From Vicugna vicugna (Eukaryota), in assembly GCA_013265495.1 (NCBI GenBank), contig MU058781.1, forward strand, positions 5,583,050-5,647,049: a stretch of 64,000 nt of DNA, in the 5' to 3' direction. Every line of letters starts with the position of its first letter. Positions within the stretch are counted from its first letter, which is position 1. The position numbers were made by a program, and so were the translations under genes. Of this stretch, positions 13,661 to 25,975 are shown piece by piece. The notes beneath the pieces are model-generated. The model saw only the letters and a list, made by a program, of their open reading frames with translations. It was not told where the DNA came from and ran no database searches.

Positions 13661-13684
13661 GTGTGTGTGTGTGTGTGTGTGTGT
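13661..13684. repeat. (GT)12 microsatellite in the ATXN1 3'UTR ((CA)12 in the mRNA)
   Basis: Directly visible. Confidence 0.95.
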
Positions 13685-14043
13685 CCTCGTGATCAGTCCT
13701 GGTAGCTAGGATCCCTTGCTATAAACACTTCTTGTTCAGAATTATATTCTTTGGGTTTATTGGAACAGGAAGTGCTGAAAATGTCAAACATCATCTCTGA
13801 AGAAAAAGGAGTTGCAATGGCTTAAGAGTTTCAACTAAGACGGGAGCTCGGAGAAGTACTTTCAGCACAGGAATGAAGAGTATTCTCAAATTGTAGAATA
13901 CAGAGTTGCTCTCCCTCCGAAGAGGGGTGGGGTCTGTGTAACAAAAACATAGAGGAAGCATAGGTGTAGTTGAAGAGCCTTTTACGTAGTAATTCTTCCA
14001 GGCCATACCATACAAATCTGATCATTTAGACATGACACATTTC

Positions 14044-14051
14044 TATATACA
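14044..14051 (-). promoter_or_regulatory. Pumilio response element UGUAUAUA
   Basis: Plus-strand tatataca gives an exact UGUAHAUA after a U-run; PUM1 regulation of ATXN1 mRNA is established. Confidence 0.55.
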
Positions 14052-17000
14052 AAAAAAAAAAACATGTAACTTTCAACCTTTATGCTTCTTTGTTTTTACA
14101 AACAAGGTATGAAACGCAATTGTTTCAACAGATCCATCTCTCTCAAACACTGAATGAATCATTTCGACATTCATTTTTCTCTTGTGCAATTTTTAAAAAC
14201 ATTACCTGTACTCCTCAAAGTGAGTGCTTCAAAGTTTTTTTTTTCTTCAGCGTCTCAAATTAGGTGTACATTAAAAAAGAAAAAATTCCCACAAGGTATA
14301 GTGCTACAAGAAAAGATCCTACCGGTAAGGTAACATATTTTGAAGCGAGGTCATCTATGTAAAAGAAGCGTCAGCTCCGGAGTAGAGGTGTGCAAACAGT
14401 TTGGAGTTCCCCTAGCAACAGAAACACAACACTGTGGAAAAGAGAGGAAACCAACCCAACACGATGGCGTATGCATGTGCTTTATAGAAAAAAAAGTATA
14501 TTCTCTGTATAGTTATTACTGGAGGTGTTCTTAAAAGTCTCTATTTCAGAAATTCTGGGTTGAAAACAAAGGTGGAAAGCGAAGACCTCCATTCCACTTG
14601 AAAAACCAAAAAGCGTAATTCCCTTTGCTTTGTCATCACCAAGTAAGCTGGATGGAGCCCCAGAGATGCTGGCCCTTCTTTCACCTGGGATCGTCCCGGG
14701 TGACTAGGAGACAGGAAGTGCAAAGGGTTTGAGGAGAAAACAGACCATGGTTTGTTGAACTGCTTGCTGTTCCTGAAACCGTAGCCATGACAACCAACAC
14801 AGCTCAAAAAGCCTGGCCTTCCAGCCCCACAGCTCTGCCGCTTCACCCAGATCTGAAATAGCATGGCATTAGTGTCTTCAAAAGCATTTGAGATTTTTAT
14901 TTTCTATTAAAGAAATAGGTTTCCTTAGTAGTCACAGGTGGTAAAGGGTCTTGTCAGTTGTTTCCTTAAAGAAACAAACAAAAAATTCCAAAGCTACACC
15001 ACAACAAAAATAAATTTTGGCAACGTATTTCAGTAAAGATCAAACTGTGCAAAGAGTGGATTTTAGGATTACTAGGAGCTACTGTTCATCTTGAACATGC
15101 AGCATTATATTGCAATCTATGCAGTATCTAAGGAGGAATCCACAAGATGCAGGAAATCCAAACATTCCTTAAAGTTGTACAACCCTACTCCAGAACAGTC
15201 AAAGTGCTGCTTCCGGACACGTCAGTGTACCACACACACGCCAGCCCCGTCCCTGAGTTAGAGGTGTGGAAGTTTCCGCAGAGTTCCTTAGAGGGGAGAA
15301 GGAGGGGTGCTGCCACTTCCCGGTGGGGGAGAGAACCCAACACACTCACCTAACAGAAAACACACAGGGTCACGGTTCAGAGTTAGAAATGGGATTGACG
15401 ACGGCCACGGAAAGGAAAAGGAAAAACCAAATCATCCGAAACCAAACTGGGTCAGTTGGAGAAAACAAAAAATTGACTGACATAGAAAAATGATCCTGAA
15501 CATCCAAATGCAAATGCAGTTTCGGATTTCCACTTGAAAAGATTTGAGGTAAGTGGCATCCATCTCTGTATCCCCCCCGCCCCCAATGTGGCCCAGACAA
15601 ACCGAAAGAATTCTTAAACATTCTAAGGAACAGTCATTGTATATATTTAGAAATCCCTATAAAGAGAGGTTCTTGTTTGTTGGTTCATTATTGTTTTTTT
15701 TTTTCTTCTGTTCGCCCTGACTAATTTCTTGGTGATTGTGTTCCACTGTAAACGCAAAAGGCCTGCTGTTATTAGTTGAAAAATGGGAAACAGGAAAGAA
15801 AGAACAAAAGACAGGTTTGGTAAATATTGCAAAGTGGACATTAGTACAGAGGCACATGGCTGATCCTCGTAAGCTGCACGGCACCGAAGAATTTCTCTGC
15901 CTGTCATGATTAGGTCTGCTATGCAGGAGCAGTGACCAAGGCTGCCCTGGGAGCCTCGGGGCTCGCCAACGTCTGCAAACAAGAGGAGGGCCCCTGTCCT
16001 CTGGATGTCCTTCCTATTTGAAGAGAAAGCTGCCACAAAGGAGTAGTGACCAGTGTTCACAGGTGGCCCCCTCCACAACCAGTGAACGGATGCTCAGGTC
16101 ACGCACACCACAGGCCACCACGCTTCCTGCCCACGCTCAGAGGCTCCAAGTCTCAAGGACACAGACCTGAGGAAGGGCCTGCCCACTGGCGGAAAGGACC
16201 GTGGAAAGGGTTGATCCTGGCTCTATTGCTCCAGAGGGTGCCTTAGAAATGACTCCACCTCCTTCCTCTCCACACCGCACGGTCACCATTCCTCGTGGTG
16301 ACAGGGGAAGAGAAGTCCTTCCCCCACATCCCTTTCACTGGCTCTTTCTCCAACCAGGCGACAGACAAGACACCCAGGGCTCCCGAAAACTCCCTGCCCC
16401 AGGACGTGGCATCCGCAGCAGGGGGAACTCGCAGCGGGCAGCTCTCCCCTTCCTGGCTCCTTCCTTCCAGCCCTTCTCTGGCCAGGACAGGAAAGATGGA
16501 CGGAAGAAGGAAAAAGCCCAAGGGGTCTGAGCTTTCTCTAGAGCACACCGATCAGACTACTGGCACAGGAAGTATTGCACATGCTAAAGAAGCAAATGGG
16601 AGCTGGAATAAGGTGTAGAAAGAACCGATTAGTTGATAATTCCTATACCTGAAAACAGAAGCACACAAGTGATGATGATGTTCCTATTGCTCCAAACCAC
16701 GTATGTTTCCCCATTTTAGTGTTGATGTTGTGATCCAGTCAGTTCACTACTCGAAAGAAGCCAAAAGGTGGTGGGTGTTTCTCTGAGTCCACATGAGTTG
16801 CTGTCATCAGTGGCACTAATGAGGACAGAGTCTCTGTGGCAGCCCCGTCTTCCTCTTACCATCAAAACAGAAAGAAAAACAGAACCTAGTAATTGCAAGT
16901 GCCCTGAGCAGAATATATGGAAGATTAAGCAAGTTCTCTGAACAGAAATGTTTAAAAAAAAGAAAAAAAGATACAGCACTAAATAAGCAGTATGACTGCA

Positions 17001-19315
17001 AGAATGGGTCCACCCAGCTCCCTGCTAGCACGCTGAGAGGGTGAGGAAATTCGAAGAAAGTCCAGGACCAGTTCTGGCTGTTCTAAACCTATGCAAATGT
17101 TTTTGGTACACCCCAGAAAATGGTTTATAAAAATCATTAGTTCTGGTCAGAGCTAAATGTGGAGGAATACTAGACAGCCCAAATAGGTGTTGATATTACA
17201 ATTTTTTTTTAACTTGTGAAGTGGAAAGAGTACTATTTCCAATGCTAAAAGAAAAATCAGGTATTTGTTCAGATTAGTTGTAGCCATTCCAAGTAAGAAT
17301 ATTTAAAAAGGTCTCCTTCCTTATAAAACTTTTTTTTTTAAAGCGCTTTTAAGATGCACACTCAAACCCCACAAATAATAGTGCAGAACTCTGGCAACAA
17401 AAGATTTTAAACTGTAAAATACCCTTTCTGGGTTTGTACCAAACATGAAATCTTGATTTGATTTCAGATGGAAAAAAAAAAAGTCATTCTGAAAATAACA
17501 TTAATAACAATAAAGTAATTGTTTCCTTAAAAAAAAAAACTTGCTCACAGATATGTCTTTATGGAAAACTCTCTCAATGAATCTGAAGAAAATTCTCAGA
17601 GTTGTCCTGCTAAGACCTGGTTTCATGTGACAGATGCGGCAGAAAGACCAAAATGAATTTTGAAAGGAACATAACCTTATAAAATGGCCTAGAGTTTAGG
17701 CAGGTTAGAAAGTAATTTTGCTACATTTATTTATGCTCGTTCAGTCCCCCAAACCTTTCCCACAATGTTATTGGATAAAAACTGCAGGAATATCACACAA
17801 ATTATAAACTCAAGATGTGCAAATTGCAAGGTTCTTTAAAAGTTCATCTTAAAAAGAAAAACACTGGACAAAAGTGAGTATTCTTTTTTCCATCCCTTTT
17901 CTCTCAGTTTCTCTGCCAGCTCTGCATATGCTTTTAATTCTTTCTCGAACATCAAAGTGAAGAGTGCCTCCCGTCAGGCTGTTCTTGGTGGTCATTCATT
18001 GTCACATACTCATAATTCACATTCATCCCTTTAAACCACATTGAAACTTTCAATATCTTGCTCCGTGAGAAACTCTGCAGAGCTGAAATGTAGTTACAGT
18101 GTTGAAAAAAAAAAAAAAAAAGAAAGCAACTTGTTTTTTTTTTCTTTTTTGTCTTTCTTCCCAAAGAGTTTAAAGTGAGATACAGTACTTGTTGAATGAT
18201 AGACCAAGATGCTTGGTAATAAAGTGTGAACAGCATTTTTAAGTGCTTAGAGATAGTAATATAGATGCTCATCTTCAAAATCTAATTCCTCACATCACAC
18301 TGGAATCTGAAAAAAGTGGCACCCGAGTTGTCCATAGTCATGAACTATAAACAGTACTAGAGTTAAAAGACAAAAGATTTGCAAACCCAACGAGAAGAGC
18401 TTCCGTGGCTCTCTCGAAGGGTAGTTTTCATCTATCTCTTGGGAGCAAAGTCAATGCAATTAACCTGATTGGTTTTCCTAACACTGCACAGAATCCACAG
18501 TGGGTGTTCACTCTCCCCCACCCCCGCCACCCACCACGTGGAGCGATGCCAGCAGGGGCTGCCCTGCCCACCACGACGCCCTGCCCACATCACTGCACTA
18601 GTATAACAGAAACGAAATCCCACGGGTGGCAGCTGCTCCTTAAAAAAATATCAGTGCAGTCAGGCCCCATGGGGGAAATATATATCTCTATGATTAAAAG
18701 TTGCTTTTATTGTAAAATATGTTGGAGGAAAAAGAATGTTCTTTCACACGGTTAGCTTTCCACCTGCTGTCTGATCCCTCTCTACGCTGCCCTGAATGCA
18801 GCTGGGTTCCTGACATTGGTTTTGCACGGGAGAACCTCCCGAGGACATTCCTCTGGACCTCCGACCCCATGCTGAGAGCAAGAGAGAGGGAGACAGGACG
18901 AGGCGGAGAGAAAGAGACCCTCACTCGCCGTGGCACCCGCGCACCCCCAGACGCACACACGCACGCACTCCCCCGCAGCTCCCTTCCCGCAGAATGTCCT
19001 CCCCAAACCCGCAGAAGTCGGCGCCCAGTGGGTGCATCCGTGCGGCTGGAAAAGGCAGGCGCCGTGAAGCCACATTCGTTTCCACCAGGATGCCCGCCCC
19101 GAGCCTGGACTGGGGCCACCCCGGCCCCCCGCACGCGTGGAAAAAGCATATGCACCAGTCTCCTGCCCGACACCCGCTGTAACTCTAAGGACAAGGTTAT
19201 AACAGAAACCTAAAGTAAGAGAATAACATGTAAATACTGTGTTATTTAGCCTACAGTACAGTAATCTGGATACAAACGGCAAAGGAGGGCCGGACTTCCT
19301 TTCCTCTCGCTGCCT

Positions 19316-19846
19316 CTACTTGCCTACGTTAGAGCGGCCTTCAATGCAAATCTTAACCTCCTGAGAAATGAGAGAAGGCTTAGGAAGAGTCAAAGGGGGC
19401 TCGTCTTCCGACTTCTCCAGTTTGCGCGTCTCCGGCGCCGACCACCTCCTCTTCCTCGTGGCCGTGGGCTTGCTGGGTTCTGTTTTGGTGAGCAAGGGCG
19501 CGGCCGGCAATCCTACTTTTTCTGGAAACTTCAGTTCGCCGTTCTCGGAGAGCATCTGGGCACTTCCCTGATTGATCCCGTTTTCCTGCTGGGCATACCT
19601 GTGTCTACCGCCCGCAAGGCCGTCGGTCTTTGAGTGCTTCAGCAGGACGCTGGCAGGATCCACGGGCTGGCCCTTTTTAACAGAGCCGTTCTTCAGGTTT
19701 TTGAGGGTGAGCGAGATGCAGACATCCCCAACGGAGAGTTTGGAACATGGCAGGTCAAAGAGCTGGCTGGTTCTCTCCGGGCAACAAGATGACCAGCCCT
19801 GTCCAAACACAAAAAAAGGGTACTCTACCAAAACTTCCACGCTGAC
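19316..19846 (-). CDS. ATXN1: Ataxin-1 last coding exon (176 aa + stop): C-terminal part of AXH domain, NLS and phosphosite motif RKRRWSAP (19456-19433)
   Basis: Pyrimidine tract + CAG acceptor, phase 0; translation VSVEVLVEYPFFVFGQGWSSCCP...EGRSNVGK*; Ser771 corresponds to human S776. Confidence 0.98.
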   Translation of the reverse strand, partial: VSVEVLVEYPFFVFGQGWSSCCPERTSQLFDLPCSKLSVGDVCISLTLKNLKNGSVKKGQPVDPASVLLKHSKTDGLAGGRHRYAQQENGINQGSAQMLSENGELKFPEKVGLPAAPLLTKTEPSKPTATRKRRWSAPETRKLEKSEDEPPLTLPKPSLISQEVKICIEGRSNVGK

Positions 19847-20669
19847 CTGCGGAAACAGCGAGAGACAGGGACGGGGAAAAGGAAGGAAAGAAATGAAGAC
19901 ATTTTACTCTCTTTATTTTATACACACACGTACACATAGAAGCTGAATGGAAGAAAATAAGACTTAGTTCCACGAACCTCCTCCAGCAACACACGCAAAT
20001 GAGGCTCTGAATGTACCTGTACCTGCTGTACTGCACGTGCCGCTTACAGATGTGGGGCAGAAGCCAGGAAAAGTCCATTCGGTATTCAAAATACAGTTTT
20101 ACCAAGTATCAGCTCTCTAGCTGGTCTCCGTTAAAACAAGTCAATTGACCGCCAAGGATGACGGAACATCTGCTAAACGTTCAGCACCGGGCTGGGCACT
20201 GCATGCGACCCAAGCCCGAGGTGTGATCTTGTGCTTTATTAGCTCACTGGATAGATGCTATTCTCCTATATGACAAGGCTAAATATGGGTCAGAGTTAGG
20301 CTGTATTTAACCTCCACAAGGCAGGCACTTGCGGGCTTATCATTGTGTCCCTTGTCCCCAAAAGAGTACCTGGCACGTGGTTGAAACCGAACATTTATGG
20401 GACAAATGAATGTGGACTCTAGGAATTTAGGGGGAGCAGAATCAGTGAGGGCTGGAGAAAGCAGCGAGGGCTTTCCCAGGACCCCAAACGACGGGCAGGA
20501 TTTGGAGGGGTTTGAGGGGAGGACAGCACTGGGAAGAGGGTTAAACAGATTCAGCTCAAGGGCTTGGCCCATCTACATGGTCAAGCCCCAGGGACTCATA
20601 TCAGTCTCTTCATTTGTTTGAAAAACAAATATCAAAAATGAGGGACTCTCCCTTCAACAGCTGCCCTTT

Positions 20670-20980
20670 TCTCCATGCTACCCACATGCCATGCACTGTG
20701 ATAAGGAAATAAATGGAAAACAGTCCTGGTCCCCAGGGAGTTCACTATCCAATGGGCAAAAGAGGCACACGGACAGTAACTGCCATCAGTGTGGTAAGCG
20801 TGGTCACAGAGTGAGGCTGTCACACCTTGCACAGTACTCAGTTGGAGAGCAGAGGAAAGGCATTGGAGAGGTGAGCAAGGAAGTCTTTCTGGAGGAGGAT
20901 ACACCGTGCTGAGTTTGTAAAAATAATGGAACTAGAATCGAGGAATGGTCACAAGGGAAAGAATCTCAGGGAAGCAGCGA
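20670..20980 (-). mobile_element. L2 LINE 3' fragment
   Basis: 'catgccatgcactgtg...aaaacagtcctggtccccagggagttcactatccaatggg' followed by purine-rich sequence is typical of reverse L2. Confidence 0.55.
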
Positions 20981-21429
20981 TCTAGAACAAAGGCAAGAAG
21001 GTGGTATGTGTAGGGATTTGCACACTGGCCAGTGAAAATCTTACTACTGCCATTAAATCAGGCTGAAATGCACTTGAGCTGTTTCCCCCAAGGGTATCTG
21101 TATATTCCAAAGTGGGGCAGTTATGAAACCAAGGGGGCTTTGGGTAAGCCCGAGAGCACAGGGGGTGGGTTTCAGGGGGTGGGGAATGGAGTTCAGGGTA
21201 CACCACAGGAGGGTGCTCTCTGGTGAACTTTTGGGCTGTGACCCCCAAAGCACTGAACTCTAGAAGTGAGATGAAGCAGAAACAGATGGGCCCTCTCAAT
21301 GTCTGAAGCTCAGAGTTTCATCATCTCAGTCCCTAAAATTGGATTAAGGTCTTGAGTTATTTCCATAATTTTTCAAATAAAAGATAGTCAGTTGAAAAAG
21401 GGGGAGAAGGCCCATGAACAGACCTGAGG

Positions 21430-22378
21430 AGATGAATAAAAATCAGCAGGAACAACAGATAATATAAACAGACCCACAAAAGCTTCTGATACAGAGTCAT
21501 CAGATATAAACTCTGAAATGACTAAGTTTACAATATTTAAGGAGATGAAAGACAAACTTGAGGATTTTGATAGAGAACTAGAATCTATTTTTAAAAGACC
21601 CAGGGAAATCCTAGAATTAAAAATAAAATACATCCACTAAGCTCAAGAACGCAATGGATTTTTCCAACAGAATAAATATGGTTGAAGAGAGTCGGTGAAC
21701 TGGATTCTTTAATTAGATTTAGAAGAAACAAATGCAGAGACAGAAGGATAGCTAATATACAGAGGAGAGGGCAAGAGAAACGGAAGACTCATTGGGAAGA
21801 TCTAATAGACACATGATCAGAACAAGGAGGAAAGAGAGATCATAGGACGGAAGTAATTCTTGAGAGGATAATGGCTAAGGATTTTCCAGTACTGATAGGA
21901 GACAATAAGCCACAGGTTCAAGAAGGCCTGACCCCTAAGCAGGAAAAATAAGAAAACTATGACCTGCTGAGGTGAGAATTAACTGCTGTAAATCAGAGAC
22001 GGGGAAAAAACCTGTCTCCGAACAGAGTCTACATTACCTCCAAATAAGCAACGATTAAACTCATAGCTGACTTCAGAATTAAAAAAAAAAAAAAGGAATC
22101 TAGAAGACAATGGAATATCTTTAAAGTGCTGAAGAAAAAGAATTGCCAACCAGGAACTCTCCATCGAGCAAAGAGACCCTTCAAGAATGAAGGCCAAGTA
22201 AAGACATTTTTCAGACAAGTAGTAATTGGAAGAATTCACCATAAACAGATCTGCACTAAAGAAAGTCCTTAAGAGTGTTCTTTGGGTAGGGGGAAATGAA
22301 CCTAGATGGAAGTTTGTAGATGCAGGGAGGAATGAAGAGCAAAGAAAATGATAGATATGTGAGTAAATTAAAATAATA
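21430..22378 (+). mobile_element. Ancient L1 ORF1-region or HAL1-like fragment, degraded
   Basis: A-rich strand with 'gctgacttc...tagaagacaatggaatatctttaaagtgctgaagaaaaagaattgccaacc...ttcaagaatgaaggcc...aagacattttt', the L1 ORF1 C-terminal signature. Confidence 0.75.
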
Positions 22379-22379
22379 T

Positions 22380-22692
22380 GATTGTGCCTCAGTATCCACA
22401 GGAGGTCAGTTCCAGGACTACTTATGGATACCAAAATTCAAGGATGCTCAAGTCCATGATATAAAATGGCATAGTATTTGAATATAACCTATGCAAATCC
22501 TCCTGTGTACATTAAATCATCTCCACATTACTTGTAATACAATGTAAATGCTACATAAATAGTTGCCTAGTGTGTGGGAAATGCAAATTTTGCTTTTTGG
22601 AACATTCTAGAATTTTTTCCCATAAATATTTTCAATCTGTGGTTGGCTGAATCCGCAGATACAGAACCCACAGATGTGGAGGGTTGACTGTA
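22380..22692 (+). mobile_element. MER2-like TcMar-Tigger MITE
   Basis: 'cctcagtatccacaggagg...ttccaggac...ggataccaaaattcaaggatgctcaagtcc...atataaaatggcatagtatttg', ending 'gagggttgactg-ta'. Confidence 0.85.
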
Positions 22693-22967
22693 CTGACTGA
22701 ATACAATAATACTTAAAATGTTCAGTTGTATTTATACACAGGCACGCACACAGAAACACGTAAGTAATTAAAATATCCCGCTTTAAAAGTAGTAAATTTC
22801 CATGGATTATGGCTTTTCTATTTAACCCACTTTTACCTTTTTTTGGTGACTATGATTGATCTAGTTTTAGACACACTTCTTGAATGATATACTTTATATG
22901 CTCCATGGAAGACATGAGTGTTCTTAGAAAGAACTAGAATGAACTTATATGGAAGCCTATTATTATA

Positions 22968-22970
<3 letters not shown>

Positions 22971-22996
<26 letters not shown>
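22971..22996. repeat. (TG)13 microsatellite
   Basis: Directly visible. Confidence 0.95.
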
Positions 22997-22998
<2 letters not shown>

Positions 22999-23054
22999 CA
23001 CGAGCCCATGTAAATGTGCATATTATCTGAGGAAAATCTCATTGTTCTGGGCTA

Positions 23055-23270
23055 TCTTAATAATGTAAAGAGAACTAAAATTTTTTGAGGCCTACTATCT
23101 GTCAAGCATTTAGGTACACTTTACAAAATACTTTGTTTAATGCTCATAATATGCTGTTCTTCCTGTTTTATAACTAAGGAACTAGAGTTTCACAGAGATT
23201 ATGTGGCTTCTAGTGTCACAGCTATAAACTGATGGGCGTTGGGATTTAATCCCAGTCTCTTTGGCCCCCA
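23055..23270 (-). mobile_element. MIR SINE
   Basis: 'ttttttgaggcctactatctgtcaagca...ctgttttataactaaggaactagag...gtcacagcta...gggatttaatcccagtct' resembles reverse MIR. Confidence 0.65.
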
Positions 23271-25109
23271 AACCCATTTCTATTTCCTACGCTCCTGCTC
23301 TCTGCCCCATAATACCACCAAAAGACAGAATTTCACACTCCCACTGCCTCCAACAGTGGTGACTATTACTTGAAATAAATAGCATCCAATGACACGAGAT
23401 CACGACTTTGTCTCATGACACAGAAAACTGTGCCACAGCATCAGCCTTACATCTACTACACAACACTAGTCTCTATAAGTGTGTGATGAGGCTAATGCTC
23501 AATTACAGAACACACTGACATCACACAGACATATATGTTTGCATAGACATGTGTGTAAATATACTTACACGTTACAGCATCAGCTGGGGATGCCCACTGA
23601 GTTCCAAGTGGAAGAACCAACCCGGAACTGGCTCCATAAATCCCGTCCCAAATCTCTTAGAGCCACTAACATCATACAGCTGAGCAGAAGGAACAAACCC
23701 TGCTTCCAGTGAGGGTCGTCTAGCTGCACTGCCTAGATGATCCCCTGCTCCTGGGCAGAGTCTCGCTGACGGGCGGCCCCCACCTTCTAAGGAACAGCCT
23801 CTTGCTGTGTGAGCCACATTCTACAGACTCCTCAGAGCAGCCAATATTTCATGTCATGAAAATAACATCTAGTGTATACAAATCTATCTGAAGACTTCCG
23901 CACGTTGCCAAGTGTCTGCAGACTCATTGAGAAGAAACGTCTTCAACAACCTTGTGACAAGTAATATTACTGATTATTCTGGAGGCTCTGACGCAGACGC
24001 ATGTGCTCCCCATTACATACCCCACAATGTTTTGGGGGTGTTGTGAAAGCCCTTCACGACCCCGTCATCTCAGAACTCTGAAGGCAGGTCTTAGAATTAA
24101 AAGCTGTGAGGTGGCCAATAGCTTCAAACACTCTACCTAAAAATTGATGAAAGAAAAGTGACAAGGACAGAGGAGATTATTTAAGAGGTGTGCTAAAAAG
24201 AGCTGATGATAATGGAATTCATTTTAACCCGGACAGGTTTGGGGAAATCTGCTCCACCACTTTCAAGCTGGCCTTTGGTCCCTCCTTCCTAAATGCTGGC
24301 TTTGTCTTCCCCGCACAGAGCCTGGGAGAAGGCGCCACGCCCTCGCCTGGGTCCAAACAAAGTGGGAGCTAGAAAGTCAGCTAATCTGATCACTGTAAGC
24401 CGTGGACCGGACAGCTCGGGCCGAGTGTTCTTTTCCTCCTAATTATTTAGCCTCAATAATATTTATCCTCACAAATATTTTTTCTAATTACTTAGCCTGA
24501 ATTATCTAGACAATGCACTTTTTTTAAAGTCTGCACATATGTTAACTAAGTTCTTCTTTCTTTGATAAAAGTTAAACTCTTGTTGCACGTATCTCAAATG
24601 TGCCCACTGAAGTAGTCATAAAAATTCTATTTTTATTTCATAATTAGGTTTGTCAGGACATAAACATTCTTAAAGGTTAACTGATCATTAACAGTTAATG
24701 AAGAAACCACACTCGGGGATTTTTCAGTGAGGATATACGTGGTTGGGTCTGTCTGCTCGAAACTCCCTCGGAGAGGCACACTGCCGGCCTGAAAACGTGC
24801 TGCTGATGCCAACGCGTACTGTTCTGGGCGTGAAACAGAGATGGCGAGGCCTCGAGACATGATGTCACTTCAAACCAGAAAAATGAGTCTGAATTCCTTG
24901 AACCTGAGGCCCACGTGGGTCTTCCCTTTGGTGCTGAGAGCTTCAAAATACTATTAAGTGTTCACACTCCAGGCTTTGCAGTTTTAATAAAGTTTAAAAT
25001 GTTCACTGAGCACCTGCTGACTGTTAGGGACTCACCAAGACCTAGTTCCTGCCTTCAGTGGGGAGCCAGAGCGTGCATGCAGAGCAAGTAACTTCACCAG
25101 TGTATGTAT

Positions 25110-25900
25110 CTGGATACCGGCAGCCTGGTGATGTCCACCTGAATGTCTGCTGGCAACTGAAACTTAACGTGCCTGAAACAGACCCCCTCACCGTTACAGC
25201 CCTGCCCACTGGTACATCCTGGGTTCCTCCCCATCTCCAGGAACGGCATTCCCTGTCTTCCAGTGTCTGAGTCCACGGCCTGGACCTCATACTTGGCTTG
25301 ATGCCGTCTCTCATACCACACACGTCCAAATCACAAGCATGTCATATCGGTTTTCTCTTTCACATATATCGAGAAGAAACCATTTCTCACTGTCTCCAAC
25401 ACCACAGTCCTGCCCAAGGAGTCCAGCATCTCACCAGGAGGAAAAGCCACCAGGACTCAGCCTGGCGTGGGCTGCATCCCACCCCCTGCTCCCTGCACTG
25501 AACGTGGTGACACCAGTCTCTCGTCAGTCCTTTCACTCCAAAAGACACTTGTGTCTCTGGGCCTGTGCATCTGCTGCTCCCTCCATTTGGAATCCTTTTG
25601 GCCCTGCGTACTGTCCCCTCCGGCTCCCCTTCTCTGAGAGAGCATCACCGACCACGCTATTTAAGACAACGACCCTCCACCCCTATGTCCCTTTCCTCTC
25701 TGGGCTGCCTTATTTTTTCCCACAGCACTCATTATCTTTTGATGCATTGTTTTCTTTACTTACATATTTGTTTCACTTCTTCCGATAAACCCCCACAGGA
25801 CACTGTGTTCCATGGGGGCTGAGGAAGTGTCTGGTTTGCTCACTGTTCTATCCCCAGGGTGCAGAATACCTCCTGGCACGTCATAGGTGCTCAGCACAAA
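25110..25900 (+). mobile_element. L2a LINE 3' portion
   Basis: 'tccacctgaatgtctgctggcaactgaaacttaac' through 'ctcactgttctatccccagggtgcagaatacctcctggcacgtcataggtgctca' resembles the L2 3' end. Confidence 0.75.
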
Positions 25901-25956
25901 CCTGGAAGACAAGTTCTGTTTGCCTCTCCTGTGTAAAACCACCGCAGTGGAACAGC

Positions 25957-25975
25957 TGGCCAGCAGAGGTCAATG
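25957..25975 (+). promoter_or_regulatory. Weaker candidate CTCF site (TGGCCAGCAGAGGTCAATG) with upstream GCAGT module
   Basis: Core CCAGCAGAGG plus CGCAGT upstream at about the usual spacing; 3' end mismatched. Confidence 0.3.

Larger units (their letters stand above)
12399..19263 (-). promoter_or_regulatory. miR-101/144, miR-19 and miR-130/301 seed-match sites in the ATXN1 3'UTR
   Basis: miR-101 8mers GTACTGTA at 19252-19259 and 18181-18188, 7mer at 18351-18357; miR-19 8mers TTTGCACA at 17816-17823, 15046-15053, 14389-14396; miR-130 8mer TTGCACTA at 12399-12406; shared TTTGCACT at 14717-14724. These families are known ATXN1 regulators. Confidence 0.7.
12115..19315 (-). other. ATXN1: ATXN1 3'UTR (~7.2 kb)
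   Basis: Runs from the TAG stop to the distal AATAAA; no recognisable transposons, many U-rich tracts; length agrees with the known ~7-kb ATXN1 3'UTR. Confidence 0.85.

Noticed and set aside
18719..19282. Other ~165-aa ORFs in the proximal 3'UTR (18719-19213 +, 18782-19282 -)
   Set aside because: Non-ATG starts in GC-rich sequence, no homology or splice context.
20180..20200. TTCAGCACC REST left half-site
   Set aside because: No GGACAG right half at a usable spacing.
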